NCBI GenBank assembly: GCA_947627245.1
Contig: CANQVH010000010.1
Location: forward strand, 7,672-71,671
DNA length: 64,000 nt
Origin: an uncultured Lachnospiraceae bacterium
GTDB taxonomy: Bacteria > Bacillota > Clostridia > Lachnospirales > Lachnospiraceae
Direction of reading: 5' to 3'
Numbering within the stretch: the stretch's first letter is position 1; every line of letters starts with the position of its first letter. This document shows, one piece after another, positions 37,844-46,328 of the stretch. Made by a program: the position numbers and the translations under genes. The notes under the pieces are model-generated. The model searched no databases. It was given only the letters and a program-made list of their open reading frames with translations, and was not told the DNA's origin.

Positions 37844-38221
37844 TCATGTATTTTCCCGATGATCGGCACTCTCGCTGCCAAAAAGCGAGATACACTCATC
37901 AATGATATTCTCAACGATACGAAGCTGCGCCGGAGGGAGCTTTTGCAGCTTCTCCGACAGCAAAAGCAGATCCTTGTCAATGATTTCCCCTGTCAGCAGA
38001 TAATCCGCACTGACGCCGAGTGCCGATGATATTTTCAGGAGATTCTCCGGGCGCATAGCCCGTTTGCCGGATTCCGCATAGGAGACAAACTGCGGGGTCA
38101 GGTTCCCCTTTTCGGCGAGTTCTTCCTGTGTCCAACCGAGTTTTCTCCGCCTTGAGGCGATTCGCTGGCCAACTACCAACAGCCACTTCTCATTTTTATT
38201 CTCGTTCTTATCCATTGCCAT
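37844..38221 (-). CDS. XRE-family HTH transcriptional regulator
   Basis: RRRKLGWTQEELAE...FVSYAESGKR..., ALGVSADYLLTG; AAAGGAGA RBS. Confidence 0.88.
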   Translation of the reverse strand: MAMDKNENKNEKWLLVVGQRIASRRRKLGWTQEELAEKGNLTPQFVSYAESGKRAMRPENLLKISSALGVSADYLLTGEIIDKDLLLLSEKLQKLPPAQLRIVENIIDECISLFGSESADHRENT

Positions 38222-38229
38222 CTCTCCTT

Positions 38230-38292
38230 TTGTTAAATTATATCCACAAGGAGTTGACAATATAATCGTTTATTGTTAAATTAAATCCACAA
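38230..38292. promoter_or_regulatory. Two 20-bp operator-like direct repeats bracketing a rightward promoter
   Basis: TTGTTAAATTA(T/A)ATCCACAA at 38230 and 38273; TTGACA 38254-17 bp-TAAATT 38277. Confidence 0.65.
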
Positions 38293-38329
38293 TACATTAA
38301 GAGATGAGATTGCAAATTTGCTATTTTGC

Positions 38330-38361
38330 AAAAAAATATCTGCACCGCTATGGTGCAGATA
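38330..38361 (-). terminator. Intrinsic terminator for leftward transcription from the invertible promoter
   Basis: Perfect 10-bp stem TATCTGCACC-GCTAT-GGTGCAGATA with an A-run on its left (U-tract on the minus strand). Confidence 0.75.
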
Positions 38362-38393
38362 CAGAATTGTAGGATCTGAAGTATTCTGTTTTC

Positions 38394-38420
38394 TTTCGCA
38401 GAGTTAGGTTCTCTGCGAAA
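38394..38420. repeat. Left recombination site (loxP-like)
   Basis: TTTCGCAGAG-TTAGGTT-CTCTGCGAAA; exact reverse complement of 39923-39949. Confidence 0.9.
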
Positions 38421-38444
38421 GCGTACTTATGCGTCACGAGTTGT

Positions 38445-38473
38445 ATTCTAGCATAGGAATTTAGTTTTTGCAA
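38445..38473 (-). promoter_or_regulatory. Outward-facing sigma-A promoter with extended -10 inside the invertible segment
   Basis: Minus strand: TTGCAA-17 bp-TAGAAT preceded by TATGC (TRTGn). Confidence 0.75.
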
Positions 38474-38589
38474 TACGTCTGCGCTAAAAAAATGTGGAAG
38501 TTTCAGGACGCTTTTGTGCGTTTTCTTTGGCAATTTTGTTTTAGGAAGGTTGAAATCAGGCACAGATCTTATGTCAAGGAAAATAATTC

Positions 38590-38608
38590 GCAGTCAAATA
38601 AGCAGTCA
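38590..38608. promoter_or_regulatory. Paired GCAGTCA repeats (candidate arm-type integrase sites), left
   Basis: GCAGTCA at 38590 and 38602; abuts the -35 region of TATAAT at 38629. Confidence 0.6.
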
Positions 38609-38667
38609 GGGAAAGGCCGGAGATTCGCTATAATGAACGCATCAGCCATTGAAAAGGAGGAAGCGTT

Positions 38668-39786
38668 ATGGCAAGAAAAGGCGAGAATATTTTTAAGAGA
38701 AAAGATGGCAGGTGGGAGGCCCGTTATGTCAAGGGGCATGAATTGTCCGGAAAGATCAGGTATGGCTTCTGCTATGGAAAAACCTACCGTGAGGCGAAAG
38801 ACAAGGCAGCAAGAGCGAAAACGGAGATTCGAAATCGACAACCGGTGCAGACGGCCCGTGATCGGAGACTGCTGGGCTTCTTTTGCGATGAGTGGCTTGC
38901 ACTCCGGCGAGGAGACGTGAGGGAATCCACCTATGTAAAGTACAGCGCAATTCTGGAAAAACATGTAAAACCGAAGCTTGGGAAATATCTCCCGGCTTCT
39001 TTGGATACAAACATTATTGAGAATTTTAAATGGGAACTGCTCGACATAGAGGACCTTTCAGCTAAGACGGTGAAAGACATCATGGTTGTGCTCCGTGCAG
39101 TGATAATCCATGCAGCGAAGCAGTCCCGGGAGATATTCCCGATGCCGGAGTTCTATTATCCCAAAATCAGTCGGAAAGAAATGCGGGTGCTTTCCGCGAA
39201 CGAACAGCAGCGGCTGGTCTCTTACCTGTTGTGTGGAATTGACGAATGCCGGTTCGGAGTTTTGCTGGCATTGCTGACAGGAATGCGTCTGGGCGAGCTG
39301 TGCGCCCTCAGATGGGAGAACGTCTCCGTAAAAGAGAAAACCATTAAAATATATGCGACGATTCAGAGGCTGAAAAATGCGGATGAAGACTCCGGGGCAA
39401 AGACTAAGCTATGGATAGGGAATCCGAAAAGCGATACATCGTTCCGCATTATTCCCATGTCAGACAGTGTGAGTTCTCTTTGTGAAAAAATGGTGTGTCA
39501 GAATTTGTCTGCTTATATTTTAACCGGAACGGTACAGCCGATGGACCCGAGGACGTTACAATACCGTCTGGCAAAATACACGGATGCCTGTGGTCTGGAA
39601 GGCGTTCATTTTCACACGCTCCGGCATTCCTTTGCCACACGCTGTGTGGAAGCCGGTGTCGAGTTAAAATGTTTAAGCGAGATTCTTGGGCACGCAAACA
39701 CTTCTATCACCCTCGATCGTTACGTACATTCTTCACTGGCCTTAAAACGTGCCAACATGAATAAGCTTCCGTCTTTAAATTTCTAA
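38668..39786 (+). CDS. Tyrosine recombinase/integrase with an N-terminal arm-binding-like domain
   Basis: NIFKRKDGRWEARY N-terminus; TGMRLGE, PKS, HTLRHSFAT, LGH, DRYVH all intact; AAGGAGG RBS. Confidence 0.95.
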   Translation: MARKGENIFKRKDGRWEARYVKGHELSGKIRYGFCYGKTYREAKDKAARAKTEIRNRQPVQTARDRRLLGFFCDEWLALRRGDVRESTYVKYSAILEKHVKPKLGKYLPASLDTNIIENFKWELLDIEDLSAKTVKDIMVVLRAVIIHAAKQSREIFPMPEFYYPKISRKEMRVLSANEQQRLVSYLLCGIDECRFGVLLALLTGMRLGELCALRWENVSVKEKTIKIYATIQRLKNADEDSGAKTKLWIGNPKSDTSFRIIPMSDSVSSLCEKMVCQNLSAYILTGTVQPMDPRTLQYRLAKYTDACGLEGVHFHTLRHSFATRCVEAGVELKCLSEILGHANTSITLDRYVHSSLALKRANMNKLPSLNF

Positions 39787-39795
39787 AATATATAA

Positions 39796-39815
39796 GCAGT
39801 CAAAAATCGCAGTCA
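39796..39815. promoter_or_regulatory. Paired GCAGTCA repeats (candidate arm-type sites), right
   Basis: GCAGTCA at 39796 and 39809. Confidence 0.6.
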
Positions 39816-39922
39816 TCCGGATTGCTCCTATAGATGCCGAGCTGCAGATGTAGCCGGAAAACACCATTTCCTGTGGGTTTCTCCATATCCAATTCTCAAA
39901 AAATGATTTCTGTCAATTCACA

Positions 39923-39949
39923 TTTCGCAGAGAACCTAACTCTGCGAAA
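39923..39949. repeat. Right recombination site (loxP-like)
   Basis: TTTCGCAGAG-AACCTAA-CTCTGCGAAA. Confidence 0.9.
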
Positions 39950-39999
39950 AAAGAGCGCGCTATCTGAATTCGCTGATCCAAGGGGAAGGGGGACAGATC

Positions 40000-42165
40000 G
40001 TGCTTTCCTTGTTTGAACACAACCGAACCGCATATGAAGCGGCAGTAAAGATGCTGAGGGAAACAGGCAGGGCGGCGGTGATCCACCCGACCGGTACGGG
40101 AAAGTCCTTCATCGGTTTTAAGCTGTGTGAGGATCATCCGGACAAGACAGTTTGCTGGTTATCCCCATCCGAATATATCTTTCGGACGCAGATGGAGAAC
40201 TGGCGGACGGCAGACGGAGAGAATCTGGAAAATATCTGCTTTTTTACATATGCAAGACTCATGCTGATGCAGGAGGAGGAACTTACGGAGATTCATCCGG
40301 ATTATATCATTTTGGATGAATTTCATCGGTGTGGAGCAAAGATGTGGGGACAGGGAGTAAGGCGGCTGCTGGAGAAGTATCCGGAGGCGCGCGTACTTGG
40401 CCTCTCCGCGACGAATATCCGTTACTTGGACGGGCAGCGAGACATGGCTGACGAACTATTTGACGGGAATATCGCCTCGGAGATGACGCTGGGTGACGCG
40501 ATCGTGCGCGGTATCCTGAATCCGCCGAAGTACATACTTTCCATGTATTCTTGTCAGAAAGAACTGGAACGGTACAAAGCGCGGGTAAAGGGCGCGAAGA
40601 GCGGCGCGGTGCGCGCGGAGGCGGAGAAATATCTGGAAGCTCTGCGGCGGGCGCTCGAGAAAGCGGACGGGTTGGACGAAATTTTTTACAGGCATATGAC
40701 AGATCAGACAAAGCGTCCGGAGCAATCCGGGCAAGAAGAATACCCGCGACGGTCGGAAAAAAGTGGGAATGTCGGACGGTTCGGAAAGTACCTTGTTTTC
40801 TGCGCGAATTATGAGCACATGCAGGAGATGGTTGCGAAAGTTCCGGAGTGGTTCGGAAAAATAGATCAGGAGCCGCACGTCTATACCGTTTATTCGGAGG
40901 ACGCGCAGGCGGAGGAAGAGTTCGCAAGATTTAAGGCGGACAATAGCCCGCACCTGAAGCTTCTGTATTGTATTGACATGCTCAACGAGGGCGTTCATGT
41001 GGACGATGTCAGCGGTGTGATCCTCCTGAGGCCGACGGTTTCCCCGATCATCTATAAGCAGCAGATCGGGCGGGCATTGTCCGCGGGGAGGAAGCAGGGC
41101 GAGAGTGCCGTGATCTTTGATGTGGTGATGAACATCGAAAACCTGTACAGCATCGGTACGGTCGAGGAAGAGATGCAGGCCGCGGTGCGGTACTACAAGG
41201 ACTGCGGAGAGAGCAGGCTGATCGTGAACGAGCACTTCCACATCACAGATGAGGTGCAGGATTGCATGCGGCTGTTCCGGCGGCTGAACGAGACGCTGGG
41301 CGCTTCGTGGGAGCTGATGTACCGGGCGGCACAGCGGTACTTTGAGGAACATGGGAATCTCGAAGTGACGAAGCGATATGTGACGGAAGACGGCCTGTCA
41401 CTGGGACAATGGCTGGACACTCAGAGAAAGGTACATGCAGGGAAGGTAAACGGCATCCTGACCGATGAGCAGATCAGAAGGCTGGACAGACTGGGGATGC
41501 GCTGGGAGTCGAAGAGTGAGCGGAACTGGGAGCGGAACTTTGCGGCAGCGAAAGCGTACTACCGTGAGCATGGGGATCTGCTGGTGAATGTGCGGGACGG
41601 GAAGTATGAAGGCGTAGAACTCGGGAAGTGGCTCGCGCAGCTCCGTACATATAGAAAGAGCGGTATTCGGACCGCATACCTGACGCCGGAACGGATAAAA
41701 GAACTGGATTCTGTCGGGATGGTCTGGGACGTGCCGGATTACCTGTGGGAGCAGAACTATCACGCGGCCTTGCGGTATTACCGTGAGCATGGGGATTTGG
41801 ACGTCCCGTATTATTACGTGAGTTCGGATGGCGTGAAGCTCGGTATTTGGATTGCAAACACAAGGTTTGCCAAGAGAAATGAAGGAACCGGAAGGGCAAA
41901 ACTCACGGAAGAACAGGCTGCCCGTCTGGATGCACTCGGAATGATCTGGGAGAATAAAAATGACACTATCTGGGAGCGTTCCTACGCAGCGGCGTGCCGC
42001 TACCGAAAGAAATATGGCAGCATGGACATTCCGGTAGCTTACGTGACAGAAGACGGCTGCCGCTTGGGACGTTGGATCCGGAAGCAGAAAGAGACGTATC
42101 GGAGCGGAATGGGCGCGGAACGCAGAAAGAAGCTGGAAGCACTTGGGGTAAGCTGGGCGCGTTAA
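40000..42165 (+). CDS. SF2 (DExH, ResIII-like) helicase with four C-terminal helicase-associated (HA) repeats
   Basis: HPTGTGKS, LDEFH, LSAT, MLNEGVHV, QQIGRAL; four W...Y....Y...HG.L.V...LG.W repeats. Confidence 0.88.
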   Translation: MLSLFEHNRTAYEAAVKMLRETGRAAVIHPTGTGKSFIGFKLCEDHPDKTVCWLSPSEYIFRTQMENWRTADGENLENICFFTYARLMLMQEEELTEIHPDYIILDEFHRCGAKMWGQGVRRLLEKYPEARVLGLSATNIRYLDGQRDMADELFDGNIASEMTLGDAIVRGILNPPKYILSMYSCQKELERYKARVKGAKSGAVRAEAEKYLEALRRALEKADGLDEIFYRHMTDQTKRPEQSGQEEYPRRSEKSGNVGRFGKYLVFCANYEHMQEMVAKVPEWFGKIDQEPHVYTVYSEDAQAEEEFARFKADNSPHLKLLYCIDMLNEGVHVDDVSGVILLRPTVSPIIYKQQIGRALSAGRKQGESAVIFDVVMNIENLYSIGTVEEEMQAAVRYYKDCGESRLIVNEHFHITDEVQDCMRLFRRLNETLGASWELMYRAAQRYFEEHGNLEVTKRYVTEDGLSLGQWLDTQRKVHAGKVNGILTDEQIRRLDRLGMRWESKSERNWERNFAAAKAYYREHGDLLVNVRDGKYEGVELGKWLAQLRTYRKSGIRTAYLTPERIKELDSVGMVWDVPDYLWEQNYHAALRYYREHGDLDVPYYYVSSDGVKLGIWIANTRFAKRNEGTGRAKLTEEQAARLDALGMIWENKNDTIWERSYAAACRYRKKYGSMDIPVAYVTEDGCRLGRWIRKQKETYRSGMGAERRKKLEALGVSWAR

Positions 42166-42199
42166 AGTAAGCCGGGCGCGAGATTCAGAAACTTTTTTA

Positions 42200-43006
42200 A
42201 TGTATAAACGGGGAATATGTCGGCGGAAGACCTCGGAAGACGCAGAGAAACCAGCAACACAAAATTACAGAAATGATATCGAAAGGTTGGAGAAAACCAT
42301 GGAGAAATCTCGGAATGACGGGGATAGACAGACTATTGCCGGAGACAGAACTGCTGTCGTCCGCAGAACAGATGATATGAGGGCGGTATACGCTGGGAAA
42401 AGCCCGATATACAAGGGGTTGAAGCGGTTTTTTGACTGCTTCCTGTCTGTTTTGGCGCTGATCGTCCTGTCCCCTGTATTCCTGATTACGGCAATCTGTA
42501 TCAAGCTCGAGGATGGAGGACCGGTATTCTTTTCCCAGCCGCGTATGGGCAAGGACATGAAGACCTTTACTTTCTATAAATTCCGCAGCATGTATGTGGA
42601 CGCGGATAAAAAGCTGAAGGATCTGCTCAAAGAGAATGAACAGACAGGTCACGCGTTTAAGATCAAGGACGACCCGCGCGTCACGAAGGTGGGAAAATTT
42701 ATTCGGAAGGTGTCGATCGACGAACTGCCGCAACTGGTGAACATCATCAAGGGCGATATGAGCATTGTGGGGCCGCGGCCTATTCTGGACTGGCAGATGC
42801 TGGAATGCGACGACTATGAGCAGCAGCGTCAGATCGTGCAGCCGGGGCTTACCTGCTACTGGCAGATCAGCGGGCGCTCAGATATTAAATGGGAGCAATG
42901 GGTGGAGCTTGACCTTGATTATATTCGGGACATGAGCCTGTGGACGGATATCAAGACGATTATAAAAACAGTGCCTGCTGTGTTCAGTTCTGCGGGGTCA
43001 TATTGA
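42200..43006 (+). CDS. Priming sugar transferase (bacterial sugar transferase family); start uncertain
   Basis: [46 protein letters not shown]. Confidence 0.92.
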   Translation: MYKRGICRRKTSEDAEKPATQNYRNDIERLEKTMEKSRNDGDRQTIAGDRTAVVRRTDDMRAVYAGKSPIYKGLKRFFDCFLSVLALIVLSPVFLITAICIKLEDGGPVFFSQPRMGKDMKTFTFYKFRSMYVDADKKLKDLLKENEQTGHAFKIKDDPRVTKVGKFIRKVSIDELPQLVNIIKGDMSIVGPRPILDWQMLECDDYEQQRQIVQPGLTCYWQISGRSDIKWEQWVELDLDYIRDMSLWTDIKTIIKTVPAVFSSAGSY

Positions 43007-43068
43007 GGTTTTGCAATATAGCATACTTCGTCTTGGCAGGAAAGGAAAATATAAGAGGGTGATAGGAA

Positions 43069-43971
43069 ATGGAGTTTATATGGCGGTTAAGTTATTCGAT
43101 CTGGTGGTGGATGCAGAAGCATGAGTGGACCTTTCGATTCGTTCTTTGGCTGAAGCAAATGGGTGTAGTACGGGTGGTAAAGCATTGGCTGGTTCGTCAT
43201 CGGGATGCAGAACTGCGGAAGCATCCGAATGAAGCAATGAAAAACAATGCAAATTATTTTGATGAAAATAAGAAAAGAGTTGAGCGTGTGCTATCCCTGT
43301 TGGCGGATGAGAAGTCAAAAAAGGTTCTGGGGGGGGCAATCGCTTATCGAACAAGACGGTCGCCGTGGCCACCGGAGCTGTTTTCCGAAGACGACCAGTA
43401 TTTTGTACGTGATCTTGTCCGGGTTGAAGACGGAGAAGTGTTCTTGGATGGCGGCGCCTATATGGGTGACACGATCGAGGAATTCTTAGCGATGGCGAAG
43501 AAGGAAAACGCTAATTTTAATAAAATCATTGCACTGGAGCCGGATAAAACGAATTATCAAATGCTGAAAAACTCCTATGGAACAGATCAGCGGATAATAT
43601 TGCTGCAAAAAGGTTTGTCCGATAAGAGCGGAACACTATATTTTCAAGAAAATGCCAATTTTAGCAGGCTGACGGAAGATGAAGAACTTGCAACGACCAA
43701 GGTACCAGTCGTGGCGATCGACGATTTGCCGGAGTGTGATGAGATCACATGGATCAAGATGGATATTGAGGGCGCGGAGTCGGACGCACTGGAGGGAGCT
43801 AGGGGTGTGATCAGACGCAACCATCCGAAGTTGACGATCTGTATCTATCACAGTAACGAAGATGTACTCCGTATCATTGAGCAAGTGCATGAGATGGCGC
43901 CGGAATACAAGCTGTATGTGAGGCACCATTCTATCGGAGATAACGAGACAGTACTTTATGCGGTGATATAA
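43069..43971 (+). CDS. FkbM-family methyltransferase (in-frame G8 tract at 43329-43336)
   Basis: DGGAYMGDT, LEPD, IKMDIEGAE..AL.GA...I....PKL.ICIYH. Confidence 0.9.
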   Translation: MEFIWRLSYSIWWWMQKHEWTFRFVLWLKQMGVVRVVKHWLVRHRDAELRKHPNEAMKNNANYFDENKKRVERVLSLLADEKSKKVLGGAIAYRTRRSPWPPELFSEDDQYFVRDLVRVEDGEVFLDGGAYMGDTIEEFLAMAKKENANFNKIIALEPDKTNYQMLKNSYGTDQRIILLQKGLSDKSGTLYFQENANFSRLTEDEELATTKVPVVAIDDLPECDEITWIKMDIEGAESDALEGARGVIRRNHPKLTICIYHSNEDVLRIIEQVHEMAPEYKLYVRHHSIGDNETVLYAVI

Positions 43972-44038
43972 AACAATGCGGCCAAGCAATTTTATGTGAA
44001 AGAAAAAAGGGAATATACGTTTTGACTAAAAGCGATAA

Positions 44039-45439
44039 GTGAGAATAGAAGCAAATTTACTAAAACATATAAGTCGAATGTACGACCTGTTGCGATGGAG
44101 GGATTACGCTTTGCTACATAATGATTATGACATGTCCTGTGGAAAATCGTTTCTTGTAAGCGAATCGTGGATCAAGCGCGAGGACAGGGAGTTTTATCGC
44201 AGCTTCATAAAACTTTGTCAAAGGCAACTGAGGCAATGCGATGATCTCTACTATACGTTTGGCTACGAGACCTTTGGCACTGTTCTATACGGATTCTGCA
44301 AATGGCTGATACATGATTTGAAAAAAGAAGGCATTAAAAAAATCCTGTTCTTTTCCCGCGATGGCTACATTATGAAACGGGCGTTTGAGCTGGTTCCCGG
44401 TCATGAAGATTTCGTTGCTGACTATATATATGTATCACGTCGGAGTCTGCGCGTTCCTCTGCTGTGGAAGTACGATCGGGCAAGTATTAACGAATTGCAG
44501 CCGACCGCCTATATTTCAATGGAGGATTTGCTGGTTTCGTTGGGTCTGGAGCCGGGCACGTATGCAGAGTACTTGGAGAAGTGTGGTTTGTATCTGAATT
44601 CCGTTATAAAAGATACGGATATTGAATGTGATGAACGGGTTGTTTGCTTTCTGCAAAGTATCTGGCCGGATGTTGTTTCAAACTCCAAAAAGGAATATGA
44701 AGGCTTAACGGCATATTTTGAACAGATAGATCTTCCGTCTAAAGTTGCCGTTGTGGATATTGGCTGGCGTGGCACAATGCAATATTTTCTTGGGAAAGCT
44801 CTGGCTTCTATGGGAAAGCATGTCCATCTGCGCGGATATTACATTACCTTGTCAAGCAGCATGAAGCGCGGTCTTGATATACATGGCTACCTTCAAAACG
44901 TAGACGGGACCGGCAAGGGATGCAATTTGCTGAGAGGATATGTGGGGCTGATAGAAACACTGTTTCTAAAGCCGGAAGGATCTGCCAAAAGCTATGAAAT
45001 AGATTCCGATGGAAATGTCCGCCCGGTTCTTTTCGATTGCGAATACAAGAATGATGACGGCACTCTCCCAATAGAGATAGCATCTGTTCAGAAGATACAG
45101 GAAGGGGCATTGCAATTTATCAGGGATTATATTGAACTCATCCACGATCAGGGAATAGAGTACAGTTTTTCGTCGGAGACAGCTTTTACAAATCTGAATC
45201 ACTTTGGCAATCACCCCACATTGCATGGGATTGAGATGTTTTCAAATTTCCGTTTTTATAACGGTACAGTGACTTATTTAGCCGAAGCAAAGCCTGTCTG
45301 GCACTACTTGAGGAGGCCGAAGGAACTAAAGCAGGATTTTTATGGGTGCAGATGGAGAACGGGATTTATGAAGAATTTGTTTAAGATCCCGCTTCCGTAC
45401 TATGCAATATTGCAGATTATGGTCAGATTAACTGTATGA
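44039..45439 (+). CDS. Polysaccharide-locus protein matching the C-terminal half of HAD-like 'FDVFDT' proteins
   Basis: FFSRDGY, YVSRRSL, VVDIGWRGTMQ, IQEGALQF. Confidence 0.65.
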   Translation: MRIEANLLKHISRMYDLLRWRDYALLHNDYDMSCGKSFLVSESWIKREDREFYRSFIKLCQRQLRQCDDLYYTFGYETFGTVLYGFCKWLIHDLKKEGIKKILFFSRDGYIMKRAFELVPGHEDFVADYIYVSRRSLRVPLLWKYDRASINELQPTAYISMEDLLVSLGLEPGTYAEYLEKCGLYLNSVIKDTDIECDERVVCFLQSIWPDVVSNSKKEYEGLTAYFEQIDLPSKVAVVDIGWRGTMQYFLGKALASMGKHVHLRGYYITLSSSMKRGLDIHGYLQNVDGTGKGCNLLRGYVGLIETLFLKPEGSAKSYEIDSDGNVRPVLFDCEYKNDDGTLPIEIASVQKIQEGALQFIRDYIELIHDQGIEYSFSSETAFTNLNHFGNHPTLHGIEMFSNFRFYNGTVTYLAEAKPVWHYLRRPKELKQDFYGCRWRTGFMKNLFKIPLPYYAILQIMVRLTV

Positions 45440-45523
45440 AGCTAGAAAATTACTATTTGTGCCGCCAACGAAAAAGCGGCGGAACGGGATTAACATTATT
45501 ACATTACAGGAAGCGGAATAAAC

Positions 45524-46219
45524 GTGAATAGCATGTTGAGAAAGAATGCTCAAAGGCTGGCTTATCGTCTGTGTGCGCAAACGGAGGAAGAAATCCTTGA
45601 TCAGATAGAAAGATATACGACTGTATCCTTTGATGTGTTTGATACCGTTGTGAAGAGAGAGGTCGCCGAACCCAAAGATGTTTTTGCCCTGATTGAAGCC
45701 AGACTGCGGGATAAGTCCAATATTAGTGTTGAGCATTTTTATGAGCTGCGCGTAGAAGCGGAGCGGATTGCTAGGAAAGCAAATCGTAGGCGAGAGGTTA
45801 CTCTTGAAGATATCTATAAACAGGTACCCGTATCCAATGAGCAAAGGCTTGAGCTTATGCGTTTGGAATGTCAGACAGAGATTGAAATTTCTATGCCGAA
45901 TATTCCAATAAAGCATGTTTATGATGCCTGTACGCGGCAGAGAAAGAAGATTCTTTTTATTTCCGATATGTATCTTCCTTCCGAAGTCATATGGAAAATA
46001 TTGCGGAAAAACGGGTATGACACAGGCCGTCTTTATGTTTCCTGCGAGGCTGGCAGGACGAAAAGGGATGGCGGGTTGTTTACATATATTCAAAAGGAGG
46101 AAGATTTGACCGTTGACGGTTGGCTCCATATTGGGGATGCGATCCCCGGGGATTACCTGTCGCCCAAACGGTTAGGGATCAAAACGATCCTGATTGATCG
46201 GAATCTTCGATACAAGTAA
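45524..46219 (+). CDS. HAD-superfamily hydrolase domain protein
   Basis: SFDVFDTVVKR, FISDMYLP, K..G.LF, WLHIGD...GD. Confidence 0.8.
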   Translation: MNSMLRKNAQRLAYRLCAQTEEEILDQIERYTTVSFDVFDTVVKREVAEPKDVFALIEARLRDKSNISVEHFYELRVEAERIARKANRRREVTLEDIYKQVPVSNEQRLELMRLECQTEIEISMPNIPIKHVYDACTRQRKKILFISDMYLPSEVIWKILRKNGYDTGRLYVSCEAGRTKRDGGLFTYIQKEEDLTVDGWLHIGDAIPGDYLSPKRLGIKTILIDRNLRYK

Positions 46220-46328
46220 TGCGAGATATATCATGATCAGCTTTTTTACGATTATAATATTCCGCTATATGGATGAAATAGAAACATAAGTGATCGGTAT
46301 TTACGGATCATTCAGGAGATGAATCGCT

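Larger units (their letters stand above)
38394..39949. mobile_element. Putative invertible segment (1556 bp) containing a promoter and its own tyrosine recombinase
   Basis: 27/27-bp inverted sites with asymmetric core; internal outward-facing promoter; intact recombinase. Confidence 0.8.

Noticed and set aside
38394-39949. The two 27-bp palindromes as simple intrinsic terminators, or as attL/attR of an integrated element
   Set aside because: Neither has a proper downstream U-tract. The identical asymmetric cores are inverted rather than direct, which predicts inversion, not excision.
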